The translations under genes were made by a program, and so were the position numbers. DNA of 64,000 bases from Xylographa opegraphella (lineage: Eukaryota), in contig JALDZX010000067.1 in assembly GCA_022813865.1 (NCBI GenBank), positions 1-64,000 on the forward strand, written 5' to 3'. The notes under the pieces were generated by a model that saw only the letters and a program-made list of their open reading frames with translations, was not told the origin of the DNA and made no database searches. The stretch's first letter is position 1; the number at the start of each line of letters is the position of its first letter. Shown piece after piece: positions 51,573 through 63,325 of the stretch.

Positions 51573-52292
51573 TCATCCAATGTCAAAGGTCGCCTCACCC
51601 TTCTCCAGCACCAGTGCCAGGTCCTTCGGATCCTCGCCTATGGTGTATTCTCCCTTCGCCATCTCCACATCCTCGTCCCTTCCTTCCCCGTCCTCCTCTT
51701 CCGGTTCTTCCGCTTCCCTCCATCTCCTATATTTCATCTCCGGGTCATCCTCCCATGTGCCAAAAGCCCACCACCTCGTTCCCAACCCCTTGTCCGTTAT
51801 CGTCACCCGATATTTCTCTCCCACCACTGGATTCGCCGCCGCGATCTTTTCCGGTTTGATCTCGAATTTGACCTCGTATGGCTCGTTCGGCCGCAGAGTT
51901 ATAAAAGGTAGATTCCTACGCAGATTCAATGGGTTCCAAATATAATGTGGCCAACCGTGCGGCCAGACCTCGATGTACTTGGACGTCTCGGCGCTAGGAG
52001 ACACGCAGAGGATGTTCCCGAAGCAGCGATTATCGAGGTCACTGAGAGGGGTGAGGTGCGTGCACAGAGTGATTGGGAAGGCAGGGTGCGGGCTTGTAAG
52101 AATGCGAGCGCGGACGGTGACAAAGAATGGGGAAGGCGAGGCGGGGCGGAGGACGGGCGACGAGGTGCTGACCGTGAGGCCGATTGTCACGGTGGGATTC
52201 GAATATCTATAGGACTGTTAGTGTCTACGTCGCGAAGATGACACCATTTACGAGGCGTACGGGTGATGAAACTTGAGGTTTCCGCGTCCCAT
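51573..52292 (-). CDS. Uncharacterised fungal protein
   Basis: ATG at 52292, one GT-AG intron (52207-52260) with CTAAC branch, then a 205-codon frame with strong codon bias. Confidence 0.7.
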
Positions 52293-52390
52293 TATCTCGG
52301 AAATAATCGTTTATGTTAGTGAGGTGGAAGGTAAGATCAGTTTTTATAAGCCAAATTCTTGGATCGATTTTGAAGATAGAATCCGTTATC

Positions 52391-52454
52391 CTTAAGGAGC
52401 ATCGTGTTAGATGTCTTGATTATGCTTAAGGAGTATCGTGTTAAATATCTTGAT
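52391..52454 (+). repeat. 30-bp tandem duplication differing by three transitions
   Basis: cttaaggagCatcgtgttaGatGtcttgat versus cttaaggagTatcgtgttaAatAtcttgat. Confidence 0.85.
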
Positions 52455-53031
52455 ACGCCAACCTAGGCATACGGCACTGCTGTTATAAGTGTTAACGGTT
52501 AAAGGTATGTATGCACAGCCTTTTGTGGAATAAACGCTGCGAACCTTCCCATTGGTCAGCGGCACATCATCAAGCCGCCGGGATGATCATCTCGTACTCC
52601 ATTATCATACTATCCCTCGATCCTTGTTGGCTTATGTGCACCAGCAGGATTGCCGAATTTATGCCTGGCAAGAGTCGAGAGGACGTGATGATTTTGGAAA
52701 TGGCTATAATTGCCATACGAAATGCATATAGGAGGCAGTTCGTGGGTAACGGCGAAGGAAGCACTTTCTAACGTTTCAAGCTTTAGGATTTTTCCATTCT
52801 ATCTGGGCAAATTCTTACGCCTAGCAAGGCTCATGATTCCTGCTGTTGTGATAATGAGTATCAGAGGCACCAAAGTGTGTTTTATAACATACGTTCCTAG
52901 AGAAATGTGTCCTTGCTCGCTCTCTCTGGCTTGCTGCTACGACTACTCTCTTTATCCTCCCTCGAGGACTATATATTCGATGGCCACCGTTCTATTTCAC
53001 AACTCGTATCTCATCCGGGCATATTGCAATC

Positions 53032-54875
53032 ATGCTATATTCATTTCTGATCTTGAGCCTTAGCTGCTGCGTTTTGATTACTCGTGCTGATAGAGGCACC
53101 ATTTCTCATAATATTCCAACAGTATGTAACACTGAGCCTACAGCGGCAGTGACTGCACTCGTTGATAGCGCCATCCTGGCTGGTGGTGTATCAACGATGA
53201 ATAGGACTGGATCCATCAAGCGCCCAACCCTGGCTGGTGGTGCATCAAGGATGAATAGAACGGGATCCATGAAGCGCCCAACCTTGGCTGGTGGTGTATC
53301 AAGGATGAATAGAACGGGATCCATGAAGCGCCCAACCTTGGCTGGTGGTGTATCAACGATGAATGGGACTGCTGCAGCCCCCCCTGCCGTTTCTGCTGTC
53401 AAAGCAACGAAGAAACAACTCAAAGAACATCGTAAACACACAGCAGGCAGAGCCTTACATCCAAGACTTTGGGAAAGAGGTTTATCAAAGAGGTCTGGCA
53501 GTGTCTCATACGATACAAATTGCAACAGTGCTCCTCCTGCGAACAGCGGCTATAAGCTAGCTAACGGATTCCCCACAATGAAAAGTGTTCTGGAGCAAGC
53601 ATACGCAGACGCTGTTAAAATGGCAAACCTTGCGTCTAATGTCGACAAGAATAGTTTTGGGTACGTCAAAGCCAAGCCAGTTTTGTTTCGCCTAGAATCT
53701 AACAGCAAGACAGTTTTACACATTACTTTGGTGGGAATCGAGCAGATACCCAGTATACCCATTTTACAAATATGATGAAAGCAATCGGAGGCAGCACGCA
53801 GTTCTTCAGCGTTCAATTTGAATGTTCTGGTACTGCGCCAGAGTGTGTGGCAAAACGAAATTCGTGAGCTTAAACCTTGATTGATTTCCGCAAAGTTAGA
53901 AAGAGTACTAACAAAGCAATTACAGAAGCAACGGTCGGTAAACCCACCGACCAAAAAATCGTCAATATTTGCGCTCCATTTTGAACTGCCGACAGCACCA
54001 AATATCTCCTCTACGATGAGTCGAAGACGGCAAATCCACCATATCGAGATAACTCGGCACGAGGAACGGGATGGTGCCAACAAACCCCGCAACTTTCTGG
54101 CCTTAGCAGACGAATCTGTCAATTTTATGCCACGGCTGGTAGATCCCCAAACAATGAATCCTTTACCAGATTTTCTGACTGCGGCAGGTCATACCATCAT
54201 CCACGAGCTGACCCATCTCGACTCGCTAGCTTCTCAAGCCGGGCTGTCGGGCGCGCCGGATGACCTGCTGGCACCCGGGTCGCACGGTACCAATGATGAA
54301 CAGGAAGGATGCGAACTCCAAGGGGCGCGAAACTTCTTGCGGAAGTACAACAACAACCCCGATGCAAGCCCCGATTATAACGCGGAGAGCTATGCAGCAG
54401 CTGCCACAGGTGAGTACCGCTTCTTTTCAGTCTTACTCTACACAACCCTCAGAGACTTACAAATTTTCCTCTAGAAATTTACTTCATGGACCTCTGCACG
54501 TTCAAGGAGATCCGTCCCCTCGTGGGTACCACTCCCACCATTGCTCCTCCTTCATCACCGTCGTGCGCGCCCGGTGGCGGTGGCAGCCATACCAGCGACG
54601 TGCGAGCGATCAATGTGCAGCTGGACAACAAGGCCGGCACCCAATGCTGCAGCGGTGTCGCTGTCGGTTGCACAATAGCAGCCAGCAGCGGTACTGCGCT
54701 TGTCTCTTTGTGCAATACGAGCAAGACAGCGCTCTGCATAGACTGCGGCCGGTTGGCAAATTGTGTTATTGGTATGATTGGTTCGTGTCAGGTGAGTGGG
54801 ACGGTGGCCGGGACGCAGACTATTCCTGAGGAGCCGGGACTATCGATGCAGATCTCGATAAACGATACCACCTGA
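53032..54875 (+). pseudogene. Secreted M35/aspzincin-like metallopeptidase with a C-terminal Cys-rich KP4/Ecp2-like domain; in-frame TGA at 53982
   Basis: Signal peptide; LSKR Kex2 site; HELTH, GTND and NAESY motifs; introns 53661-53713, 54139-54187 and 54410-54474; exon 3 reads ICAPF*TA. Confidence 0.7.
53176..53370 (+). repeat. 54-bp coding tandem repeat (about 3.6 copies; LAGGVSRMNRTGSMKRPT)
   Basis: Units start at 53176, 53230, 53284 and 53338. Confidence 0.95.
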
Positions 54876-55638
54876 ACGGGCGTGTGTAGAGCGGACTTTG
54901 TAGGTACGCAGACGGCTTCGGTTGGCATATATAAGGTCACGGGGAAGGGCTGCGCTTAGTGTTCTGGGGTGTTAACTCGTTGGCGCGTTGCGTAGGGTCA
55001 TGATTTCTGTTTATTTCTACCAGCTCCAAAAATTACTATGTTTCGGGATAAATGGCTGAGTATAAATGGATTGTCTGGGCATTTGATTGCAATATTATTA
55101 GAATACGTCGACTCGTGGAGGTTGTTGCAGGCAAGGGCATACCTCGGCGAGTCTTGACATCGCTGCATATTTAGCGAGAGGTCCCCTCACGCTGGATCAC
55201 CTGGTTGCCTCAATATTGTGCAATTTCGTTTTCTAAAACGCCCTGGCTTGCTTCCGTCGCTCAAGCATGGCGAATTAAGCCCCTGTAGGTTAGGTACTAG
55301 AATTCGTTGTTAGCAAGCAATGTTAGCGTATCGATACGATTCAATGCATGATGCCACATCCGCGACCAAGATCCGAGCTCCGATTGGAGTGTCTACAGCT
55401 ACAATCTCAACATCTGACGTTGCTGGCCGATAAGCTCTGCAGATCGGTGAAACCGAATGGCACGAAGAAAGCGAGGCGTGGTGTTCAGTTCTGCTTGCTC
55501 CTCCCATTGTAGAAGGCATTACAGGTTGCTCTGACTAGAAACCATCTTGAATGCACGCTTTGTTTCTAGCTCTCGTCAATCTACTGTTTTTCTAGGGTTA
55601 CTAGGCGGGGTAGAATCAACCTTTCGTCTGCCGCAATC

Positions 55639-58065
55639 ATGTCGTCTCCTGCTACAGCCGCAGGTGTAGCTGCACCGCTTGCTCAAGGTGAGCAGAATTT
55701 GCCATTGCAGGCATGGCGTATTGCCCGCTGATATGAATCCGAAGGCGCTGGCTATGGCGTTATCATTGGGATCGGTGCCCTCTTCGCTTTTGGCATGTGG
55801 GCTATCGCTGTGCTACTTGCCAAATTCCAGAATGAGGTTCAGGGCAGTGAGATGTTCATGACGGCGAAGAGGTCTATTGGTACCGGACTTGTGGCCTCTG
55901 CTGTTGTTTCTGGCTGGACAATCGCAGCGACGTTGCTGACTTCCAGCTCTTGGACATACTCCTACGGCGTCAGTGGAGCATATTATTATGGAGCTGGCGC
56001 CAGTGTTCAAATCTTCGTCTTTGCAGTCGGCGCTATTGAACTGAAAAGGCGTGCACCCAGTGCACACACTTTCCTCGAGATCTCCAGGATTAGATATGGC
56101 CGAGCAGGACATTGGGTCCAGATTGGATATTCGACGCTCCTTCAAATCATCAATTGAATGTCTCGTCGTCACTTGCTGGATGATAAGCTAATGCTGGCTT
56201 TGCAGGCGTGAACATACTGGTCGGCGGTTCCGCGGTATTCACAGCCCTTACCGGCATGAACGATCTTGCGGCTGTATGGCTTCTACCGGTGGGAGTAGTC
56301 ATATACACGTTGACTGGAGGGATCAAAGCCACTATCCTTACGGATTACGTCCATACAATAATCATATATGTCATGATCCTGACCGGTCTTTTTGTTGTGT
56401 ACTGCAGGAGCAATCTCATCGGTAGTCCCGGTGTAATGTACGACTTGTTGAGAGCTGCAGCTCAGCGGGCTCCTGTACCTGGCAACTCCGGAGGAGAGTA
56501 TCTCACCATGAGCAGCCAAAGCGGCATTCTGCTGGGCGTGGTCTTCTGGTGCGCTGTCTTTGGAAGCACGGTCGACGTCCAGCTCTTTCAGAAGGCAATT
56601 GCTGCCAATCCTGCTAGCACTCTTCCTGGTAAGCCTTCGATTCCTTCGCCTCTTAAGATTCTGCTAAGTTGGCGTAGGCTATATGATCGGTGGCCTAGCC
56701 TGGTTCGCCATTCCGTTTTGCCTCGCAACAACGTTCGGCCTTGCAGCTCGCGCTCTAGAGACGAATCCATCGTTTCCCACATATCCCAGGCTAATGACAA
56801 CTGTCGAGGTCAGTCAGGGTCTCCCTTTCCCGTACGCCGCTCAGGCTCTTATGGGTAAGGGGGGCTCCTTCTTCGTACTCCTCATGACTTTTATGGCTTG
56901 CACTTCGGGCTTTTCTGCGGATATTGTGGCCGTAGCAAGTGTGTTCACCTATGATATTTACGGTGCATATATCAATCCTAATGCTTCGGGCGGGAGACTG
57001 TTGAAGATGTCCCATATCGCAGTTGTTGTGTGGAGTGTCTGCATGGCAGTCATTGCCACCGGTATCACGAGGACAACTATAGGGTTTGTATCTCCCAGCG
57101 TCTCCTACATTTCCGAAAAGCAAGACTCACGATTTTAGTGTCAATTACTTGGTTACTTGTATGGGTAAGAATCTCCATCGGCATTTGCCACCGCTATCCA
57201 AACGCTTAATCGTTCTTTTCTCCAGGTGTATTCACCTGCTCCATGGTTTTCCCAATGGTACGTACCTAGCCAATCAACCCTGCTTTCCATCCAACCAAAC
57301 CCCCTTGTTATAGTACAGCACCATCCTCTGGCGCCGCCAGAACCGCGTAGCCATCATCGTAGCACCCATAGCTGGCAGCCTCACCGCCATCGCGTGCTGG
57401 CTCCTATCCGCCAAAGCGCTCGAAGGCAGCATCACGATCGACACGACCTCGGCGATCCTGCCTCTAGCCATCGGCAACGGAACCAGCCTGGCATGCGGCA
57501 TACTATACTCCATCATCTGTTCATACGCGTTCGGGCCCGAAGATTTCGACTGGGAACGCTTCAAGACGGTCCGGGTCGTGGACGACAGCGACGTGCAAGG
57601 TGTGTCCAAGGAGCAATTGGAGCAGCAGCTCAAGAGGGAGCTGTTGTCGCCGGAGGAGGAGCGGCGCTTGCGACGCGGCAAGAAGCAGGGCATCGTGCTG
57701 GCGGCGGTGGGTTGAGCTCTCTCCAAACTGTCTTAGGCCGACTGCTGATCCGCTCCCGCGTCCAGGTGCTATGCGCTATTTTCGTGGTCCTGTGGCCGCT
57801 GCCGATGTATGGCACGCGGTACATCTTTTCGCCGGGCTTCTTCGTCGGCTGGGTGGTTGTCACCTTCATGATTGCGTGGGCGGCCAGCCTGGTGATTGTG
57901 CTTATGCCGATCTGGCAGGGGAGACATACTCTGATGGTTATCTGGAAGTACATTATAGGCTCGGGAGTGAAGGGGCGGAGAGGCGGAGAGAAGCGCTCGG
58001 TGGAGATGTGGAGTGAAGGTTCGAAGACAGAGCCGGCAGGGGAAGAGACTGGGAAGAAGGCGTAG
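55639..58065 (+). CDS. Sodium:solute symporter family urea/polyamine transporter (DUR3-like)
   Basis: PLAQGAGYGVIIGIG, EMFMTAKRSIGTGLVASAVVS, ELKRRAPSAHTFLE, GGIKATILTDYVHT, GGLAWFAIPF and WPLPMYG motifs; about 7 introns, one apparently GA-AG. Confidence 0.92.
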
Positions 58066-58919
58066 GGTTTTCTCACATAGCCGGATATTTGGTTGCAAAG
58101 TTTTTGATTGTCAATGCGGCCATGACAGGACTACCCGCCCTCCGACAGCATTGTGCGTTTCTGAATGCCTCTGAATGCTGGCTCTTGTCTACGCTCAACA
58201 GTAAGTACAACGTCGGGTTGGTGAAAAGCAATTACTCGAGTTGCCGGTGATTGCTTACCAGGCAGCCCTCTGGCCCAGCGAATGTCTTCCCCTCCGCGCG
58301 GCGAATGAAATCCGATGAATGAACATTGGGCAGTGCTACTCAGGCTGCAAGGGCGCGGTTAGACACCAGTGTGGGTGCTTTAAAGAGTCAGGTTAAGTAA
58401 CGGTGATTTGGCGTCAGTGCTTGAGCCGGGGGAGTAGAGCGATGGCATTATCCATTTGAAGGAGGTGGGTGTCCTGACGTGGTAGGACGGATGCAAAGTT
58501 CAAGGGAGGGATGGGCAAAAAGAGTCAGGAGACAACCGGGGAGGCGTCGTCAGGTGGGAGATGTAGGTCCCTCTGGTCAGATACAAGAAGGTACGAGGGA
58601 GGGTTTCTGGAGTAGCGAACAGGCGGTACGCACGGCCGCTGGGTAGTCGTGGACGGTTATTCATACATGATGACAAGCAGGCTGTGGGATGGTTGCCAAT
58701 TTAGCTAATAGCTTGCTGATTTGCCTGCGCATGGAGGCCGAAGTAAGGGATAGGCTATGAAGGGCACGGCTCAGCAGCTGCTACACTGCTACGGATGAAG
58801 GTCTTACGAAATGCGCTTCTCTGGACTGAATGGGTCTGCCGTGTTCTCATGCCATTGCCAAAGCTGGTCTACTCTCTGGGTAGAGTTTAGAGGAGTTCGA
58901 TCAAGATATCTGGCTGCTT

Positions 58920-59993
58920 TCAAACGAGCCATAAACCGAGCCCTGCCGCGGCACCAGCAAGGTAGCCTATTTCCCTTTGCACACCAGGATTCCAGCTTCC
59001 GGCCGTTGACACGATGGAAGACGACGAGGGCGTAGAACCACCCGCAGGAGCCCCGGTAGCCGACGTAACACCGGTAGGGGGCAGAACGCTGGAGCCAACA
59101 GTCGTTGTGCTAGGTTGGATGGTGGTATATTCCGTCAAAGTGAGCTGCGAGTTTGCTGTACTCGAGGCGGTCAACATGCCAGATGTCGAGGTCGAGATAG
59201 TGGTTGGCGTGGATGAAGGAGTCATCATCCTCGTTTTCGTGGTCACCGTCGAAGGTGCATTCGGAGTTGACGATGGTGCCGCTCCAGAGCGGAGTGTCGG
59301 AATACTACCTGGACCGGGTGTGGCAGAGGGATCGCTGGAGAAGAAAAGGGGCGACGTCTCGCCAGAGAGCTGGAACGCGGAGCCGCTGGCGGGTGAGCAA
59401 TTGCACGTGCCAGCGTCGTGGTCTGCCTGTTCCGTTGTCAGATCGACGGGAAATTTCTGGAGGGAAGATGATGGGTGGTACATTGCAGCAATACCAGGGG
59501 CCTCCTTTGCCGCAGTCAGTGATCCCCGCCATGCTACTTGTGTTTGTGCCTGTGAGACTCTGCTCAGCGCGTGTCTTATTAATAAGGTGTGTGTCTTATA
59601 TACTCATGCAGTAGCCCGGACATGAGTTATCACCAAAGGTGGGATCAGTGCATCCGCCGCGGGCTAGGAAGTCTGAATTGCCAGCGTGGCAGAGGCCGTC
59701 GATTTGGCAGTTTGGGTAGTCGAAAGGCTTGAACGGGTCAGGCAAGACGATTTAGTTGAAGATAGGGCTTTCTCCTACATAGAGATCGTTTGCATTTGCC
59801 GACGGGCAGCATGAAGAGAATGTGGCATCGGAGTTGCAGGACACGAGCTCACTGGCAACGCTGCCGTCCTTCAAGCAGTAAGCAATGCTGAGCTTGAAAG
59901 CGTTTTTGGGACCATACTGACAGGATAGTAGCAAGTCTGAGCAGTTACAGCAATTGCGAACGAAAACAGCACCGACAGCACCGAGAGCAACAT
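58920..59993 (-). CDS. Secreted Cys-rich / Ser-Thr-rich probable GPI-anchored cell-surface protein
   Basis: Signal peptide MLLSVLSVLFSFAIAVTA; CYYP-DG...SSCC...DGLC...RGGCTDP...CPGYC...WYCC ectodomain; Thr/Ser stalk; hydrophobic C-terminus; about 4 introns. Confidence 0.8.
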
Positions 59994-60735
59994 AGCCGCG
60001 ATAGTTGACGTCAAATTAAGAAGGCCGTAGGTATGAAGGATCGGCAAACTGTGACGAAGGACACGCCGAATCTAATATTCGTTTGCCAACTTCTTCTTCA
60101 GCCACGGCGTAGTTAGAGATGGCGGCAAGGCTCGAAGTTCAAGCATAATATAAGCCTCTTTTGCCCAGATTTTGAATTGTGTCCGGCACCGGATGATAGA
60201 TCAATTGAGCGTTTAGGCAGCACTATAAAACACGTAGCCGCTTTGGTGTTGTGTAGTGCAAGTCTTGGAAGATTCAGATCCACGGCGACGGATGGGTAGG
60301 CACAGCATACTTCTAGACAGTAGACCGTGAGAAGAGAGAAGCTGCAGAAATTGCAAAGACGCTAGTTTTCATTGTATTGCATCGTGAAACAGCTGAAAAG
60401 CACGGCTGCGGCACAGCTCACCATCGCGAGAGTATTTCATTGGGCCGAAGGCTGTGAATAGTAGTCTAGAGAAGACTGCGAAAGGAGATTGAAGCAAAGC
60501 CGATTTTAGCCCAGCTCGCTCACTAGCGGCTGCGAGCCTCATGCAATGCCAGTAGCTAGAATCCTAGCCTCTTTTCTTGGGCGATGATTGCGCAGAGCCG
60601 CAATCTCAGACAAATGCAGTTCAATCTTCAATTGACTTGTCTCTCTGCTTCTCGTACCAGTTGATGGTCATGACTCGTGTCCAAGATCTATTATCGCATA
60701 CTGGAGGTCATGCTGTGACTACCCGCAGTCGCAAA

Positions 60736-62553
60736 TCAGTCTACGTCTACCCCATTGAGAGTCTCTCCGCCCTTTCCGATCTTGATCGTTGCTCTGTTGT
60801 CGTCCTCTTTCCCAACTTTGTCGTCTTCTCCGCCCATGCCGTATGCCTCCGCTATCCTTCTTGCCACAGCCTCTCCGCTCCAATAAGCTCCAGTCACCGT
60901 TCCCAGTGCCACGAACGGAGCAGTATGCTCACCAGCAAGCCAGATCGCTCGCTCAGGCACCCCTTCCCGGAGCGATTCGATGTCTTTGTCCAGCTCAACT
61001 TCCTGCTCGTCTCCTTTGGTAGAATGGCTGATCTGAAAATTGGTGTACGAACCGTAGCCAGCCAGTTGGTCGTGTGACCAGTCTGTCGCCAGTAGGCCCG
61101 TAGGCGTGCAGGTCTCGGATTCTGCGTTGAAGTTCGGAAGGCGGGAGTAGTATGGCTTGAAGAACTCGTTCAGTCGGGAATAGTACTCCGATGATGTCGG
61201 CTTCATCGAGTGTATAAGATTTGTGATGTGCGCTGCGCACGGCCCATGAATGTAGAAGAGAAGAGTCGGCTGCCTTGCTTCTCTAGGAAGTCCTGACGCC
61301 AGTGAGACAAGTTCCAAGTTCCAGGAGTGAGGATTCCCTGGGTCATATAATGGATGCAGGAAGTGCGAGGAGAACGGAAAAGCACTAGTCTCAGCATCTG
61401 GAGCAGAGTCAGAGTCATCCTGGGAGAGAGGATCCCAAAAGGCGGTTGGGAACTTGATGTACACCTTCTCCAGCCGGCCGTAGGAGATATTCTTGATTGC
61501 GCGGGAAAGCCGAGCTGGCAGTTGAGGATAAAAGACAGGCTCATTCCGCTTGAGACAGCCGAGAGAGGCGGTTATGACAACCTCGTCAAACTCCAGAGTA
61601 TCATCATTTGTGACTACTTTGACGGGGCCTGGTTTGCCGGTCAACATGCTATCTCTTGTATGCACCCTGTTCACATAGGTGGATAGATGGAGTGTGGCGC
61701 CTGCAAGAGCACGTTTCCCAACCCGATCTAGGATGGCTTTGTAGGTGCTTGTCACAAATAAATTCTCTGCATATATTAGCTGACAGAACCAAAATTTTAT
61801 CAAGTCGTGAGGAATCTGGCCTGGATCGCTCGCTATACGATAACACGACATACTCATGAAGGACATACCTCCATCGATACACTCTTCCAACCAAAAATAC
61901 TTAAGACTTTGTCGCTCGAAGGGATCTCCTATAAAAGCGCCCCACATCTGAGCTATCTGGAGAACAGTCTTCGTGTCCCCTTGACTTAATTTCTTTTCTT
62001 CAAGCTTCTCCACAAAGAAGTCCCGCAAACTTCTATCCGGAGGTACTGACGAGGTGTCGTTGCTGTATTTGAAAGCGTCTGCTATGATACCCCAGACCAG
62101 ACCTGATAGTCGTTCTGCTTTCTTCTCATTCATAAAATCGCCGAGCTCATCATAAATTCCAGACCTTTCTCCTATCGACGAAGCCACCGTGTTCGTCTCC
62201 TTTGCAAGATCCAGGATTGGATTACGATCGGTACCATGTATCCAGTTTGCACCCCTAGCGACGTCAGACAATGCTCCACGATAAAGGGTAAAGTGAAGGC
62301 GAACATGTCCACAAGGTGGCCGAGATGGTTATCTTGATGGACCTATTCTTCTTAGTCCGTGTTCTGCTTTCACTACCACACCACCTACACGGCCTCCTAT
62401 TCGGTCCCGTCCTTCTAGTATCGTGACCTTGATGCCTTTTTCCGATAAGACTTCTGCACATCTCAATCCAGAGAACCCTGCTCCCACGACGCAAACATGG
62501 GGAGTCCTTGCAGCGGTGCCAACTTTATTGCGCATAGTCGCCCGTCCTAGCAT
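60736..62553 (-). CDS. Flavin-containing amine oxidase (polyamine oxidase-like)
   Basis: [34 protein letters not shown] and AGEHT...TVTGAYWSG motifs; introns near 61.8 and 62.3 kb. Confidence 0.93.
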
Positions 62554-63325
62554 AGTGGTGGTTTCCAATGTGATTGACGGTTCGGAGCCCAGTGAGCAAC
62601 TGGAGAGATCGCGCTCAGTTCTAGAAAATCGGCCAGCCGGACTGTAATCCCGCCTGCAGTGAGCCTTGCCTTCCATCAGGGTTATATGAAGTTATCGATT
62701 CCGAGTCGTAGTCAAAGAATAAACAAATAAGTGTACAATACAAAAGTGAGGAATGACTCTTCAAGGACTGACAGAACAGTTCTAGGAGTATTTATGCTAT
62801 CGGTATTGAGCCATATATGCGATCAAAGTGTACAATCGCCACAAGACCATGAACCAACGTGTAAGAGGAAGCTACGTTCGACTCGTCCTTGCCACTATTG
62901 TCGTAAATATTCATGAACAGCATCATAATACAACATCAGGAAGACTTTCGTGATTGACCAAGAGAATCCTACTTACAAATAGTGTGGTCTAGATGGTGGA
63001 ATCAAACTGCCGAGTCGTCACACCCCAACCATTCGAAAGCAGTGGCAAATATGAGGTGGAATATGTACGCAAGGTAGCGCCCGGTCTTGCAACGATGTTT
63101 GGCACGCACTCGGACCTATTGCAATTGGGTCATCCAACATGCCTACATAAGTACAACTAGGACCGCGGCACCTTCACAATACTGTACAGAGAACATGGTT
63201 ATATCATTCTATCTACATTCCTCGCATTCTCCATTTTCCACTGTCCAATAAACAGAACATAACAAGAACTCAAAACGGGCTAACCAATTCGTCAATAGCA
63301 ACCATACGGTTACAGCCGGAGCAGT

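Noticed and set aside
46900..55500. Starship or other large mobile element
   Set aside because: No tyrosine-recombinase captain, transposase or terminal repeats bracketing the island.
55100..58065. TPP riboswitch in the DUR3/DUR31-like transporter gene (known for some fungal members of this family)
   Set aside because: No CTGAGA...CTTGAT...AAT..AGCG aptamer core found by eye in the leader or introns, and the introns are too short to hold one.
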